DNA of 53,401 bases from Candidatus Bipolaricaulota bacterium (GCA_018334915.1 JAGXLB010000003.1:1-53401); one strand, 5' to 3'. Shown: positions 26,998 to 38,624, counted from the first letter of the stretch. Numbers and translations are program-made. The notes: generated by a model from the sequence alone, not told the origin.

Positions 26998-28656
26998 ATG
27001 AAAGAGTACGAGAGCTTGGATTCTCTTTTTACGGACTCAACGTCAGAATTCCCGAGCAGCACGTTCAAAACTTCTGCCCCAACGGCGGATAACGGTTACG
27101 ATTACAGAAGCATGAGTTTCGAAGAGCTTGGTTCTCTTGTGGGTAGGCTTGCCCAGACGATGGTAGACAAGTACGGAATTGAGAAAGGGGACAAGGTTGC
27201 CATCATAGGTAGGCCTCATCCAAAGTGGGCCGCTACTTTCTTTGCTGCCCAGCGTGTTGGGGCAGTTGTCGTTCCGATTGCTTATAACTTTACCGCTGAA
27301 GAAATCCAACGTGTACTACACGAGTCAGAATCCAAACTGGCGATCGTTCAGAGCGATAAACACTCAGTAGTTACCAAAGAATTTGACTCGCTGTCCTATC
27401 TGGAGAATCTTGTCGTATATGGAGGAGAAGAGGAAGAAGGATTTAAGTCGTGGGATTCTTTCCTTTCCAGCGAGGAATTTACGGACTGTCCTCCGCAGGA
27501 TCCTGACGAATTAGCAGTGTTAATGTATACCTCAGGTACGACAGGGCACGGAAAAGGAGTTATGTTATCTCACGAAAACCTTCTTGTAAACGTTCACGAT
27601 ATAGCGGAAACACTGGACGTTACACCTGAAGACTGCATGGTATCCATCCTGCCCTGGGACCACATTTACGGATTGACCACTACTTTGCTTGTCCCCCTGG
27701 CGTTTGGCGCCTCGATGATCTATACAGTGGATTATCGAAACTTGCCAAGCGTGCTCCGGGGCAACGAAGGTACGATACTCCTGGGTGTGCCGAAGCTGTT
27801 AAATGCACTTTACGAGGAAACTCTGGAGAAAATAAAATCCACCTGGTGGACTAGGTGGTTGTACAAACTGGCACCGAGCCTGCTTAAATCCCAGGTGAAG
27901 TCCAAGCTAGCGGGGAAGCAATTCAGGTTTATTGCCTCTGGGGGTGCTCCTCTGAGCCCCAAAACAGCAAAAGGTTTAAGGGACCTGGGAATTGGTGTAA
28001 TGGAGGGGTATGGTTTAACTGAAACTTCCCCTGTTCTAACGTTCACTCGTGACCCCTTTACGGATAAAGAAGGTTGCGTTGGGCTTCCTCTTCCGAGCGT
28101 AGAAATTAAATTGAGAGAGACTGACGACAAGGAGATAAACGAAGTTCTGGTAAAAGGTCCTAGCATCATGAAGGGTTATTACAAGAATGAAGAGAAAACC
28201 AGGGAAGTTTTAGATGACGATGGCTGGCTTCGTACGGGGGATTCGGGTTGGATTGACGAGGATGGAGGATTGCATCTTAACGGGAGAACCAAAAACGTAA
28301 TCGTTCTCGAGTCGGGAAATAACGTCTATCCCGAAGAAGTAGAGCACGAGCTGGGCAGTATCACATTTATAGAAGAAGCTATGGTTAAAGAAGGGCGAAG
28401 GAACGGGCGAACTGTAGTTTCCGCCGTTATATACCCCGATTACGAAAAGCTGGAAGAAAAGGGGATAGTTGAAAAGGACTATATCAAGACGTTTCTCTGG
28501 GAGAAGATAAAGTCCGAGTCAAGGAGTCTTGCTCCGTATATGAGAATAAAAAGTAAAAAAGATATAGAAATCCGTGATGAGCCGTTTAAGAAGACGCCGA
28601 CTCAGAAAGTAAAACGTTACCTATATCAGGAGGAGGAAGAAGTTAGTAGCGGATAG
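26998..28656 (+). CDS. Long-chain acyl-CoA synthetase (AMP-binding)
   Basis: YTSGTTGHGKG, EGYGLTE, RTGD, GR.KNVI, NVYPEEVE. Confidence 0.9.
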   Translation: MKEYESLDSLFTDSTSEFPSSTFKTSAPTADNGYDYRSMSFEELGSLVGRLAQTMVDKYGIEKGDKVAIIGRPHPKWAATFFAAQRVGAVVVPIAYNFTAEEIQRVLHESESKLAIVQSDKHSVVTKEFDSLSYLENLVVYGGEEEEGFKSWDSFLSSEEFTDCPPQDPDELAVLMYTSGTTGHGKGVMLSHENLLVNVHDIAETLDVTPEDCMVSILPWDHIYGLTTTLLVPLAFGASMIYTVDYRNLPSVLRGNEGTILLGVPKLLNALYEETLEKIKSTWWTRWLYKLAPSLLKSQVKSKLAGKQFRFIASGGAPLSPKTAKGLRDLGIGVMEGYGLTETSPVLTFTRDPFTDKEGCVGLPLPSVEIKLRETDDKEINEVLVKGPSIMKGYYKNEEKTREVLDDDGWLRTGDSGWIDEDGGLHLNGRTKNVIVLESGNNVYPEEVEHELGSITFIEEAMVKEGRRNGRTVVSAVIYPDYEKLEEKGIVEKDYIKTFLWEKIKSESRSLAPYMRIKSKKDIEIRDEPFKKTPTQKVKRYLYQEEEEVSSG

Positions 28657-28921
28657 AAAAGTTATCAAACTCGTTTGTAGGCTCTCTTCGATCTACTTCC
28701 ACCTTATTTACATTTGCCAGCCTCGGGCCACTATTCGCCCAGGATATTAGATCTTCCAGGTCCTCCTTGTTTCCTTCCGCGAGGACTTCGACTGACCCAT
28801 CAGCCAGATTCTTTACCCAGCCAGTTAATCCGAGCTGCCTTGCTTTCCTCCTTGTACTGTTTCTGAAACCGACACCCTGAACTCTCCCTGTTATTTCCAT
28901 GTGGGCTCTTTCTTTTTCCAT
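28643..28921 (-). CDS. acyP: Acylphosphatase
   Basis: GRVQGVGFR, GWVKN..DGSVE, C-terminal FSIRY. Confidence 0.93.
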   Translation of the reverse strand: MEKERAHMEITGRVQGVGFRNSTRRKARQLGLTGWVKNLADGSVEVLAEGNKEDLEDLISWANSGPRLANVNKVEVDRREPTNEFDNFSIRY

Positions 28922-29080
28922 GTTTTGGCTAAAGTGCAACCTCCTAATTAATTTTGATTTATGATATCAAATGAAGATTTTTTTTCAATCGGTCGTATTA
29001 ATTGTGCTTTGCTTTTCGTTTACGGTAGATTAAAATTTTAGCTATGGTTAGCCCAGGAGATCTTTATAGAGGAGTTTTCT

Positions 29081-29755
29081 GTGATGGGAGTCCTGACTGA
29101 ACATTATATCGGTATCGGTCTCAGTGTTGTAGGAATTATTGTAGTGGTTTCACTGATTGTACGAAAAGCGGCTGACTCATATATCCGGCGATTTGAAAGG
29201 GTTTTCGCGAATTCGGGAATAATTGCCAGAGTATTCGTCGACAGAGTGCTGGAGTCTGAAGATATTGACATTATTCTGGAAGAGACGGAAGAAAGAAGCA
29301 AGGGAGAGTTTCTTTTTAAGGAAAGTGTAGTAAAATTGCCCGAACTGGAGGACAGTTCTCTTCTCACCCTGGGTATTTCTGCTCACGAGCTAGCCCATGC
29401 CAGTCAGGCTAACAGTCAAAAGTTTTTGGTCGCCATAACCGATATTCTCGATAAGCTGGGTGTCCTTCTTTCTTATATTTTCCCAGTCACCTTAATTATC
29501 GGATTTATTTTATTTTTTCCCTTCCTGCAGGTGGCGTTGATCCTGTATTTTTTAATTTTGTTGTTACTTTTGGCTAAGATACCTCTCGAAGTCGATGCTA
29601 GTATAAAAGCGTTAACCTACCTTGAAAGGTACGGAGAATTGACACAGGTAGAACTTTCCCGACTGAAAAAGTTACTTGTATTGGCTATACTTACCAGACT
29701 TACTGACCTTACGGCAGGTTTTCTCGTTCTTGTAGACCTGAATAAGAAGAGGTGA
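29081..29755 (+). CDS. Membrane zinc metallopeptidase (YugP-like)
   Basis: AHELAHA (HExxH) and PLEVDAS.KAL with transmembrane segments. Confidence 0.7.
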   Translation: MMGVLTEHYIGIGLSVVGIIVVVSLIVRKAADSYIRRFERVFANSGIIARVFVDRVLESEDIDIILEETEERSKGEFLFKESVVKLPELEDSSLLTLGISAHELAHASQANSQKFLVAITDILDKLGVLLSYIFPVTLIIGFILFFPFLQVALILYFLILLLLLAKIPLEVDASIKALTYLERYGELTQVELSRLKKLLVLAILTRLTDLTAGFLVLVDLNKKR

Positions 29756-29759
29756 GAGT

Positions 29760-30422
29760 ATGTCAGAAGTAGTTTTTGCTCCGTCGATATTATCCGCCGA
29801 TTTTGGCCGTCTGATTGAGGAGGTCGAAACCGTAGATGAGGTTGCCGGTTCTATTCACGTTGACGTAATGGACGGACACTTCGTTCCGAATATAACTATT
29901 GGACCGCTCGTGTCCAATAGTCTCAAGAAATCAGGCAGGGTTAACACCCCGTTGAGCATACATTTAATGATCGACGATCCCTGGAAATACGGACCGGAGT
30001 TCGATGTCGGCTCAGAAGATATGATACTGTTCCATTCGGAAGTCACGGAACGTCCTTACGAGCTAATAAAACGGCTTAAAGCACAGGGCTGTAAAGTTGG
30101 AATTTCGCAGAAGCCCGCTAGCCCGGTAGAGGATATATTTCCATTGCTGGAAGAACTTGATGAGGTGCTGGTCATGGGAGTGGAGCCGGGGTTTGGGGGT
30201 CAGGAGTTTATGACCGAATCAATAGAAAGAATAAAGGTATTAGAAAAGCAAATTCGCGAAAACGACTCCGACACGGTAATCTCCGTGGACGGAGGAATGT
30301 CTCCCGAGACAGTAGGTTCGGTCGTACAGGCAGGTGCAGATAAGATAGTAGCCGGGTCGGCAATATTTGGAAAGGAGGACAGAATAAAGGCTGTCAGGGA
30401 TATGCAAAACGCACTTTCTTAG
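29760..30422 (+). CDS. rpe: Ribulose-phosphate 3-epimerase
   Basis: APSILSADF, HVDVMDGHFVPN, PGFGGQ, VDGG. Confidence 0.96.
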   Translation: MSEVVFAPSILSADFGRLIEEVETVDEVAGSIHVDVMDGHFVPNITIGPLVSNSLKKSGRVNTPLSIHLMIDDPWKYGPEFDVGSEDMILFHSEVTERPYELIKRLKAQGCKVGISQKPASPVEDIFPLLEELDEVLVMGVEPGFGGQEFMTESIERIKVLEKQIRENDSDTVISVDGGMSPETVGSVVQAGADKIVAGSAIFGKEDRIKAVRDMQNALS

Positions 30423-30426
30423 CCCC

Positions 30427-31524
30427 ATGAATGAAAATACCGGCCGTAACTACATGAAAAGAGCGCTGAGACTGGCGAAGCGCGGTGGCGGATTCGTGAA
30501 CCCAAACCCCCAGGTAGGTGCGGTAATTGTCAGAGACGGAGAAATAGTAGGTGAGGGCTATCATGAGATGTTTGGTGGTCCTCATGCCGAAGTGAAAGCC
30601 CTGCAAGATGCAGGTGAATCCGCCAGTGGTGCCACGTTATATGTTAACCTGGAACCCTGTGTACATTACGGAAAGACTCCGCCCTGTACTAAAAAAATAA
30701 TAGAGAGTGGACTGGACCGGGTTTACGTAGCGATTGAGGACCCGAACCCCAGAGTGGCGGGGAAGGGGATAAAAAGGTTACGGGAAGAAGGTATAAAAGT
30801 TTCGGTCGGTCTGATGGAAGAAGAGGCTAGGAAAGTAAACGAGATTTTCCTGCACTACGTCGAGAAAAATAGACCCTTCGTTTTACTGAAACTTGCGATG
30901 ACCCTTGACGGGAAGATAGCTACAAGGACCGGTGATTCCCGGTGGATTTCTTCCGAGACGTCACGGAAATTAGTTCACGAATTGAGGGCTAGATACAGTG
31001 CCGTGGGTGTAGGCGTCAGTACGGTGATAGCTGACGACCCTCGGTTGAACGTAAGAAATGCTGAAGGGCCGGACGGTGCAAGGTTTGTATTTGATTCGAA
31101 CGGGAGGACGCCGGAGAGCTCCCGGATATTTACTATTTCGAGCGATGCCCCCACGATCATAGCGACCGGGGAAACCCTACCCGAAGATAGCTTAACTAAA
31201 TTCGAGAAAAATGGAGCGAAGGTCTGGCAGTTCCGGAAGAAGAGGGGCCATCTGGACCTTGATGGTTTGCTGGAGCGCATGGGTGAACGGGGATACGATA
31301 GCCTCCTTGTCGAAGGTGGAGGGGAAATTGCCTGGAGTTTTATCGATCAAAACCTGGTGGACAAAATTCGGTTCTTCTACTCTCCAAAGATAGTTGGTGG
31401 CAAAGAAGCCGTTCCGTCCGTTGGGGGAAGGGGGAGGGCCACGGTGGAGGACGCGCTCGGGATAGAGGATCTAAAAGTGGAGGAGATTGGCGGAGACGTA
31501 TCCGTGGTTGGTTATCCGGTTTAA
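30427..31524 (+). CDS. ribD: Riboflavin biosynthesis deaminase/reductase
   Basis: PNP.VG, HAE, LEPC.H.GKTPPC, LDGKIA, VEGG. Confidence 0.96.
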   Translation: MNENTGRNYMKRALRLAKRGGGFVNPNPQVGAVIVRDGEIVGEGYHEMFGGPHAEVKALQDAGESASGATLYVNLEPCVHYGKTPPCTKKIIESGLDRVYVAIEDPNPRVAGKGIKRLREEGIKVSVGLMEEEARKVNEIFLHYVEKNRPFVLLKLAMTLDGKIATRTGDSRWISSETSRKLVHELRARYSAVGVGVSTVIADDPRLNVRNAEGPDGARFVFDSNGRTPESSRIFTISSDAPTIIATGETLPEDSLTKFEKNGAKVWQFRKKRGHLDLDGLLERMGERGYDSLLVEGGGEIAWSFIDQNLVDKIRFFYSPKIVGGKEAVPSVGGRGRATVEDALGIEDLKVEEIGGDVSVVGYPV

Positions 31525-32474
31525 AGGATTACTAACAGGGCAAGACTCGATAGAACAGCCTGAGGAAGATAGATAAGCAGAACGGCGGTTACGTGACCGA
31601 ACTTACGGTATAATTTATGATGCAGGTGGTCCTGATCGGCTTCCATTACCCCCTTTTCTGATCGTGCCCTTCTGATTATTGCCAGTACCGTGTCAGAGAT
31701 GGGAATACCTAGCAGAATTATTCCTATGCCAAGGTTCCAGCCTGAGTTCGGGCCCGAAACGGAATTCAGGATAATAATCGCAAGGTAGGAGACGAGAAAA
31801 CCCACGAAGTAGGAACCACCGTCGCCCAGAAAAAGCCTTGCCGGGTAAAAGTTGTAGATTAGAATTGCAATTAGTGCCGCGGCTAGACCTGCAGGCATCA
31901 AATACGACACGTGGCCAAAAGTAACTGCTATTAGAGGCAGCAGCGAAATTAACCCGATTCCTGCTGCCAGTCCGTCCAGTCCGTCTATCAAGTTAAACGC
32001 ATTAGTCCCTCCTACAAGCCAGAAGCCAAGGAAGATGCGGTTTGGAATTCCCGATAGGCTAATTTTCAGGTCGGGTAATAAGTAAAAGTCCGTAGCGGGC
32101 ATTGGATAGGAGATTAAGATCATGGAGGCCGCAATAATCTGAAAAAAAAGTTTCGATTCGGGTTTAAATCCCCGTATGTCGTCGATGAGTCCTGTAAGAA
32201 AGACTATTAAGACGGGGAAAAGTAGGGAAAAGGGAGAGGCTCCATCCAGTAAAAGTACAGGGATAAAACCCAATAACAGAGCAGTCCCCCCCAGGGGCTT
32301 TACCCGCTGGTGAATCTTTCTGGCGCTATCACGGGGGTTATCAAAGAGATTGATGGTTGGAGCCCAGCGGATTAGACAGGGAGAGCTGAGTCCGGTAATT
32401 ACAAAGGGTAACCATATCGATGCCCACTGACTGGATAGGAAAATCGACTTTAAAGTTGTTGATATGTTTTGCAT
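31521..32474 (-). CDS. MraY/WecA-family polyprenyl-phosphate GlcNAc-1-P transferase
   Basis: GLIDD, NAFNLIDGLDG, FLGDGGS, DHLHH; multiple transmembrane segments. Confidence 0.9.
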   Translation of the reverse strand: MQNISTTLKSIFLSSQWASIWLPFVITGLSSPCLIRWAPTINLFDNPRDSARKIHQRVKPLGGTALLLGFIPVLLLDGASPFSLLFPVLIVFLTGLIDDIRGFKPESKLFFQIIAASMILISYPMPATDFYLLPDLKISLSGIPNRIFLGFWLVGGTNAFNLIDGLDGLAAGIGLISLLPLIAVTFGHVSYLMPAGLAAALIAILIYNFYPARLFLGDGGSYFVGFLVSYLAIIILNSVSGPNSGWNLGIGIILLGIPISDTVLAIIRRARSEKGVMEADQDHLHHKLYRKFGHVTAVLLIYLPQAVLSSLALLVIL

Positions 32475-32489
32475 AATCTCCTTGAACAA

Positions 32490-33509
32490 ATGAATAGTAA
32501 AGACATTATTTCCCAGGCCGCTGAGAAGGATGAACTAACCCACGCTTATCTGGCACCCGTTAGATCAGGTACGAATCTTAAAAGTTACGCCGCCGAACTG
32601 GGTCAAATAATCCTCTGTTCCCCCGACGACAAAGATTGCAGGGGAAAAGTGATTCGTGACACCCATCCTGATTTCATTCAGGTTAAGGTATTGAATAATA
32701 ATAGCAAGATCTCGATAAACCAAGTTGAAGAAATAATATCCAGATCGTCTTACTCTCCAGTAGAGAGCCAGAGGAAACTATACGCTATCAATCGGGCGGA
32801 AGACCTTTCCATCGAAGGTGCAAATAGTCTGTTAAAAATTCTTGAAGGTCCCCCTGAATTTGTCTATTTTCTCCTACTGACTGAATCACCGAATAGCTTG
32901 TTACCGACAATTATTTCACGGTGTCAGCAGTTACCCCGGGGTGGTACGAGCATAGAAGGAATGAAGGACCTGCTGTCCAGTAAGGGTTTTAATGACCAGG
33001 AGGTTAACTATCTAATAGAGGTCGTAAACAGAAGGGGAAATCTGCTGGACGACCTGCTGGAGGAAGACCTTGAAAAGCCACTGGAGAAAAGAGAAGGGGC
33101 TTTCGAGGAGTACGACGATTCCGAGCTGGTTGAGCTGAGTAAATGTCTGGTGGATAGCGACAGCTACCTCGAAAGAGATGCTTTGACCAGGGTTATATAC
33201 GGGAAACTCCCGGAGGCAAGTCATTTTCAGTTGATTGGCTCTGCGGGAGAACTGGCAAAGTCTTCTCAGAACTACCTCGAATGGTTCCTTGAGAGAGGTC
33301 TCAATATATACCGGAATGGTTACAGAGAAGGGGTAGCTGAAGAGTTTTACTCACGGGCCGGCAACAGAGAAAGCCTCAGGAAGGTGAGGATATTGGACCG
33401 CGCGCTTGGATCGCTAACCGCAAACGTGAATCACCAGTTATTGCTCGAAAGCGTTTTATTGAAACTATCAGGTAGTTCCGCTAGCTTTGACGGCAAGGAC
33501 GGGGTATAA
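32490..33509 (+). CDS. holB: DNA polymerase III delta' subunit (divergent)
   Basis: THAYL, HPD, ANSLLKILE.PP, LLPTIISRC; upstream of ricT. Confidence 0.8.
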   Translation: MNSKDIISQAAEKDELTHAYLAPVRSGTNLKSYAAELGQIILCSPDDKDCRGKVIRDTHPDFIQVKVLNNNSKISINQVEEIISRSSYSPVESQRKLYAINRAEDLSIEGANSLLKILEGPPEFVYFLLLTESPNSLLPTIISRCQQLPRGGTSIEGMKDLLSSKGFNDQEVNYLIEVVNRRGNLLDDLLEEDLEKPLEKREGAFEEYDDSELVELSKCLVDSDSYLERDALTRVIYGKLPEASHFQLIGSAGELAKSSQNYLEWFLERGLNIYRNGYREGVAEEFYSRAGNRESLRKVRILDRALGSLTANVNHQLLLESVLLKLSGSSASFDGKDGV

Positions 33510-33564
33510 GTGTCTTGGGCTTTCGGCTAAAATTGATTAAATAGAGACCTTAAAGGAGATAAAA

Positions 33565-34374
33565 ATGGTGGATGAATATCCTGTTGGGTTGAGGAAGACA
33601 AAACGAAGAAAAGTAGCCGTGGAGTTTGAAGAAACTCAACCTGATCCCGAAGAACAGTATATAATTGAGAAAGATCAGACGAGAGAACTGGGCCTGGTGT
33701 TGCCACCCGAGATGCTGGAGGATGAAGGGAGCGAGGAACCTTGGAAAGCTGTGAGGCAGGCAACCGATCACGATATCCTGCAGGCTGAGTTAAACCAGGA
33801 AGAAGCAGATAAAGCAATATCAAAGGCTCAGCGCCTTGCAGATAAAAGGTCGCTATCCATGAATATTATCGGAGCTGAGTATTCATTCCAGAAATCACAG
33901 CTTAGGTTCTACTTTAAAGCTCCTCACAGGGTCGACTTTCGTGGTCTGGTCAAAGCTCTGGCTAGAAGCTATTCCACCCGAATAGAACTCGAACAGGTAG
34001 GGCCTCGGGAGGCTGCTTCTATTCTGGGGGGTCGAGGTCACTGTGGCCAGGAACTTTGTTGCAGGCGGTTTCTTTACGATCCTGGTCCTGTTCCTATGGA
34101 CTTTGCTGAAAAGCAAGGAATATCTGTTTCCCCGGAAAGAATAACGGGAGTGTGTGGAAGGTTGACCTGCTGCTTGCAGTACGAACTGGAAGATTACGTG
34201 GCTAAATTGGAGGAGCTACCGGAAAAGGGCAGTGAAGTCAACTCGCCAATGGGGAAAGGCGAAGTAATTAATAGAAACGTTCAGAAAGAGACCATCAGGA
34301 TTAGGCTTGGAAAAGAAGAAATCGAGGAATTTGATGCAGGAGAAATAGAACCAATCGAGGGTTCGGGTGACTAA
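33565..34374 (+). CDS. ricT: PSP1/RicT (YaaT) Fe-S regulatory protein
   Basis: RVDFR.LVK, RIEL.Q.G.R, CG.ELCC, G.CGRL.CCL.YE. Confidence 0.9.
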   Translation: MVDEYPVGLRKTKRRKVAVEFEETQPDPEEQYIIEKDQTRELGLVLPPEMLEDEGSEEPWKAVRQATDHDILQAELNQEEADKAISKAQRLADKRSLSMNIIGAEYSFQKSQLRFYFKAPHRVDFRGLVKALARSYSTRIELEQVGPREAASILGGRGHCGQELCCRRFLYDPGPVPMDFAEKQGISVSPERITGVCGRLTCCLQYELEDYVAKLEELPEKGSEVNSPMGKGEVINRNVQKETIRIRLGKEEIEEFDAGEIEPIEGSGD

Positions 34375-34377
34375 CCT

Positions 34378-35727
34378 TCAAGTCATTTCTTCTAGTTCTC
34401 CGTCCGTTAGTTCGTACTTGAGCTCGGAGAGCAGGTGCTGTTCGATTTTCCCCACGATATGGATCTCTTCACCTTTATATTCTTCCGTCTTAACTTCACC
34501 GTTATTGTGTAGCCAGTCGAGAATTTCAGCTTTGTCATAGGGGAGGTGCAATTTGATTTCTTTTACCTCATCACCAAGCTCTACGGCTATCAGGTCCTTT
34601 AGTTCGTCCAGATTGTTCCCTTCAATTGCTGAAATGGCTACGGAATTTTCTATACCGCTGGTAAGGGACGCGATCTCCTTTCCAGGGTCAAGTAGATCTA
34701 TTTTGTTTAACACGTTTATCATCGGTGGCCTTTGCTGATTCCCGTCAAAGATTTCCTCGTTTAGAATCCTGTTTACCGTCTGCCACCTGGCCTCAAGTTT
34801 TTCCTTGGTTGCGTCCATAAGATTTAGTAGCAGATCGGCGGACCTGGCCGATTTCAACGTGGACTTGAATGCAGGAATTAACTGGTGGGGTAGTTTGCGA
34901 ATTAGCCCTACTGTATCCGTAAGAAGCACCTTGCGCCGATCGGGAAGTTCAAATTTTCTCGTAAGGGGGTCCAGGGTGGCGAAGAGCTTGTCCTCTTTAA
35001 ACCCTTCCGAACCGGTTAGGCTATTCAAAAGTGTAGTTTTGCCCGTATTAGTATAGCCTATCAGGGCAACGATGGGTAAGTTGCTTTCCAGTCTCCGTTT
35101 TCTCCTGACATCCAGCTCTTTTTCCGCTTCCTCCAGTTTAGCTCTAATAGAATCTATCCGCCGCTGAACCTTTTCCCTGTCTCTGGCCAGTCTAGTTTGA
35201 CCGGGTCCCCGGGTTCCTATCCCACCTGCCTGTCGCTCAAGAGATTCACCCCAGCCCCTCAACCGGGGAAGGAGATATTCGTACTGGGCCAGTTCGACCT
35301 GGAGCTTGGCCTCTTTGGTTTGTGCGCGCTGGGCAAATATGTCCATGATTAGCTGGGTCCTGTCGACGATCTTTGCTCCTATGCTCTCTTCCAGGTTCCT
35401 CGCCTGCGCCGGTCTTAGTTCGTCGTTAAACAGGATCACGTGAGCCCCCAGTTCCTTTACAAGTTCTTTTATTTCATCTACCTTGCCCTTGCCAATATAG
35501 AACTTAGGATCCGGGTTGCTCCGTCTCTGAATTATTTTATCGGCGATTTTTACCCCCGCCGTTTTGGCAAGCGAGGCTAGCTCTTTTAGGGATTCGTTAG
35601 TTGTCCAGAGTACCTCTTCCTCGGGATAGGTCAAATCGACGCCAACGAGAATAGCCCGTTCCTTTGCTTTGACCCTAGCTCTTTTACCTACTCTGTCCTC
35701 TATTAAGTGCAAATCGTCCTCAGCCAT
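34378..35727 (-). CDS. hflX: Ribosome-splitting GTPase HflX
   Basis: [28 protein letters not shown]. Confidence 0.95.
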   Translation of the reverse strand: MAEDDLHLIEDRVGKRARVKAKERAILVGVDLTYPEEEVLWTTNESLKELASLAKTAGVKIADKIIQRRSNPDPKFYIGKGKVDEIKELVKELGAHVILFNDELRPAQARNLEESIGAKIVDRTQLIMDIFAQRAQTKEAKLQVELAQYEYLLPRLRGWGESLERQAGGIGTRGPGQTRLARDREKVQRRIDSIRAKLEEAEKELDVRRKRRLESNLPIVALIGYTNTGKTTLLNSLTGSEGFKEDKLFATLDPLTRKFELPDRRKVLLTDTVGLIRKLPHQLIPAFKSTLKSARSADLLLNLMDATKEKLEARWQTVNRILNEEIFDGNQQRPPMINVLNKIDLLDPGKEIASLTSGIENSVAISAIEGNNLDELKDLIAVELGDEVKEIKLHLPYDKAEILDWLHNNGEVKTEEYKGEEIHIVGKIEQHLLSELKYELTDGELEEMT

Positions 35728-36982
35728 TTTCGCTGACCCTCTCAATTGTGGCCCCGAGTGATTCAAGGTGACTCTGAAGCTCGCTGTAGCCTCTGTCGAG
35801 GTGTTTCATACCGGAGACTTCTGTTTTACCTTCCGCTGCTAAACCGGCTATTACCAGAGACGCGCCCGCCCTTATATCTGTGGCCTCGACCTCCGTTCCC
35901 CGCAGCTTGTTTTTCCCCTCTATAAATACCGTATTTGAGTTAGTAACGGATATATCTGCGCCCATCTTGCTAAGTTCCGCTACGTGACCGAATCTGCTAT
36001 CAAAGACTGTCTCCTTTACGACACTTTTACCTTTAGCCAGAGTTAATACTGAAGTGATGGGTGCCTGAAGGTCTGTGGGAAATCCCGGGAACGGGAGCGT
36101 AATTACCTCCAGGTTGTCGGGCCTTCCCTGACTTTCTATCTGGATCGAGCGTTCGTTTTCTTCAACTTTGACCCCCGCTTTCCTTAGCTTGAGACTAAGG
36201 GGCTTGATAGAAGAAGGGTCAACGGACTCAACTTTAACTTTTCCTCCCGTTGCGACGCCCGCTAACATGTACGTTCCAGCAGCTATCCTGTCGGAAAGGA
36301 CTTTGTAATTCCCTTTACCGAATTCACTGCCGCCATTTACGGTTAGGACAGACCCTTTCAGTGAAAGGTCCGCTCCCAATTCAGTCAGAAAAAGCGCCAG
36401 ATCACGGATTTCTGGCTCCTGAGCTCCGTTGTATATTGTGGTTTTGCCTTTTGCACAGACAGCGGCCATAAGGAGTTGTTCTGTTGCTCCCACGGAAGGA
36501 TAATCGAGAAAAATGTCGTTGCTTCGTAAATTATTCGCCCGAGCAATTATCCTGCCATCATCCTGATTTATCTCTACACCCAGCCTCTTCAAACCTTGAA
36601 GGTGCAGGTTTACCGGTCTAGTTCCTATATTGCATCCACCGGGTAGAGGAACTTCGGCCCGCCCGGTTTTTCCCAGGAGCGGGGCTAGGACCAGGAAGGA
36701 AGCTCGCATTTTCCTTACCAGTTCTGCTGGAGCTTGGTTGGACGAGACTGCACCAGTTATCCTGACGGTATCGGGACCGGTGGCAGTCACATCTTTACCC
36801 AGCTCCCTGACCATATTGAGCATGGTCTGAACGTCGTCCAGCCTGGGAACGTTTTCTAGATAAACTTCTTTTTCGGTAAGCAGAGTTGCCGCTATAAGGG
36901 GTAGAGCGGAGTTCTTTGCTCCTGCTATTTCAATTTTCCCTTCCAGAGTCTTTCCGCCCCGGATGGTAAGTTTTTCTGTCAT
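35720..36982 (-). CDS. murA: UDP-N-acetylglucosamine 1-carboxyvinyltransferase
   Basis: [35 protein letters not shown]. Confidence 0.97.
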   Translation of the reverse strand: MTEKLTIRGGKTLEGKIEIAGAKNSALPLIAATLLTEKEVYLENVPRLDDVQTMLNMVRELGKDVTATGPDTVRITGAVSSNQAPAELVRKMRASFLVLAPLLGKTGRAEVPLPGGCNIGTRPVNLHLQGLKRLGVEINQDDGRIIARANNLRSNDIFLDYPSVGATEQLLMAAVCAKGKTTIYNGAQEPEIRDLALFLTELGADLSLKGSVLTVNGGSEFGKGNYKVLSDRIAAGTYMLAGVATGGKVKVESVDPSSIKPLSLKLRKAGVKVEENERSIQIESQGRPDNLEVITLPFPGFPTDLQAPITSVLTLAKGKSVVKETVFDSRFGHVAELSKMGADISVTNSNTVFIEGKNKLRGTEVEATDIRAGASLVIAGLAAEGKTEVSGMKHLDRGYSELQSHLESLGATIERVSENG

Positions 36983-38230
36983 TTAACCATTACGCATTAG
37001 TTCAAGAAACTGATCGTTGTCCTCGGTGGCTTCTATCTTCTTTTTGATAAACTCGAGCGCCTCCTGGTTCCCTTCCATTTCCCCGATCATCTTTCTCAGG
37101 ATCCTTAACTTGTTCAGTTTGGAGTCGCTAAGCAGGAGTTCTTCTTTTCTCGTGCCTGTTTGTTCCATGTCGATAGCGGGGTAAATTCTCCTGTTTGCGA
37201 GCTGTCTATCTAGAACTAGTTCCATATTACCTGTGCCCTTGAATTCCTCAAATACGACCTGATCCAGCTTACTTCCTGTTTCCACCAGGGAGGTTCCAAT
37301 TATTGTGAGGCTTCCGCCCTCTTCGATGTTTCTGGCAGCTCCGAAGAATTCTTTTGGCTTGTAAAGTGCAGCTGGGTCGATACCACCTGAGAGCAATTTA
37401 CCACTGTGATCGACAGAAAGATTGTATGCTCGAGCCAATCGAGTGATGGAGTCCATCAAAATCACTACGTCTTTCCTGGATTCCACTAGTCTCTTTGCGT
37501 TGTCGGTTACCAGTTCTGCAACTTCGGTATGGTGTTTGGGTTCCTGGTCGAACGTAGCTGCGACTACTTTGCCCATGTTTATTGATCGCCGTATATCGGT
37601 AACTTCTTCCGGACGTTCGTCTATCAATAGAACTATGAGTTCGACCTCCGGATGGTTTGCAGCCAGGCCATTTGCTATCTTTTTTATTAAAGTTGTCTTC
37701 CCTGCTTTGGGAGGGGAGACTATCAATCCTCTCTGACCTTTACCAATTGGTGCGAAGAGGTCTATAATTCTCGTGGAAATGTCGTTAGAATCATGCTCAA
37801 GCTTTAACCGTTGCTCTGGATGGAGTGGCGTAAGGTACTTAAACTCGGTTCTATCCCTTATGTCGTCCGGGGGCGAGTCGTTTATCGCAACTACCTTTAA
37901 GAGTGCCTTGTAATGTTCGTCATTCTTTGGAGGTCGTGTCTGACCTACTACCTTGTCACCGTTTTTCAATCCAAACCGTTTTATCTGGGACGGGGAAACG
38001 TAAATATCGTTTTTACCGGGAAGAAATGTCTTATCTCTCAAAAACCCGTAACCGTCGGGCAGAATACCCAGAATACCCTCAGAAAAACCCTGCCCCTGTT
38101 CCTTGGCTTCCGCCTCCAAAATCGAATAAATAAGCCCTTCTTTGTTTTGCGAGTTTAGCTTGATATCGTAATCTTCCGCTATTTCCTTTAATTCATCTAA
38201 ATTTTTTTCTCTTAGCTCTTTTAATTCCAA
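36983..38230 (-). CDS. rho: Transcription termination factor Rho
   Basis: [38 protein letters not shown]. Confidence 0.97.
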   Translation of the reverse strand: MELKELREKNLDELKEIAEDYDIKLNSQNKEGLIYSILEAEAKEQGQGFSEGILGILPDGYGFLRDKTFLPGKNDIYVSPSQIKRFGLKNGDKVVGQTRPPKNDEHYKALLKVVAINDSPPDDIRDRTEFKYLTPLHPEQRLKLEHDSNDISTRIIDLFAPIGKGQRGLIVSPPKAGKTTLIKKIANGLAANHPEVELIVLLIDERPEEVTDIRRSINMGKVVAATFDQEPKHHTEVAELVTDNAKRLVESRKDVVILMDSITRLARAYNLSVDHSGKLLSGGIDPAALYKPKEFFGAARNIEEGGSLTIIGTSLVETGSKLDQVVFEEFKGTGNMELVLDRQLANRRIYPAIDMEQTGTRKEELLLSDSKLNKLRILRKMIGEMEGNQEALEFIKKKIEATEDNDQFLELMRNG

Positions 38231-38595
38231 TTAACTCACCTCAAAAATTCGTAAAATTCCATTTCCTGTTACTGCGAGAGGCTCACAAAAAGGTTGGGGT
38301 TGATCATCCCTTTTTATCAGTTTTGGAGAGATTTACGGAATTGCCGTGTTCCGCGGGTCTAAACTAAATGAGTTCGAAATTCCTGCGGAAGAAACTTCCT
38401 TATACAAATCCTGCCACTCCAAGTAACTATAGTTAAGCCTAATATCCAATTCAATTTATTCGGACAGCTGTACTACCCGTCTACATTAACGTCACTGCGA
38501 TCAAACATAGCCAGACAATAAAATACCTTTTTAGAAAAATTCTTTATAGTATAGTGAAGGGTTTCGGGACGACGAATTGATTGTTTTACAAAAAG

Positions 38596-38624
38596 ATTAT
38601 AGATGAAGCCAAAGTGTTTGTCAA
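38596..38624 (-). promoter_or_regulatory. Consensus sigma70 promoter upstream of rho
   Basis: Minus strand TTGACA-17 nt-TATAAT, perfect consensus. Confidence 0.75.
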
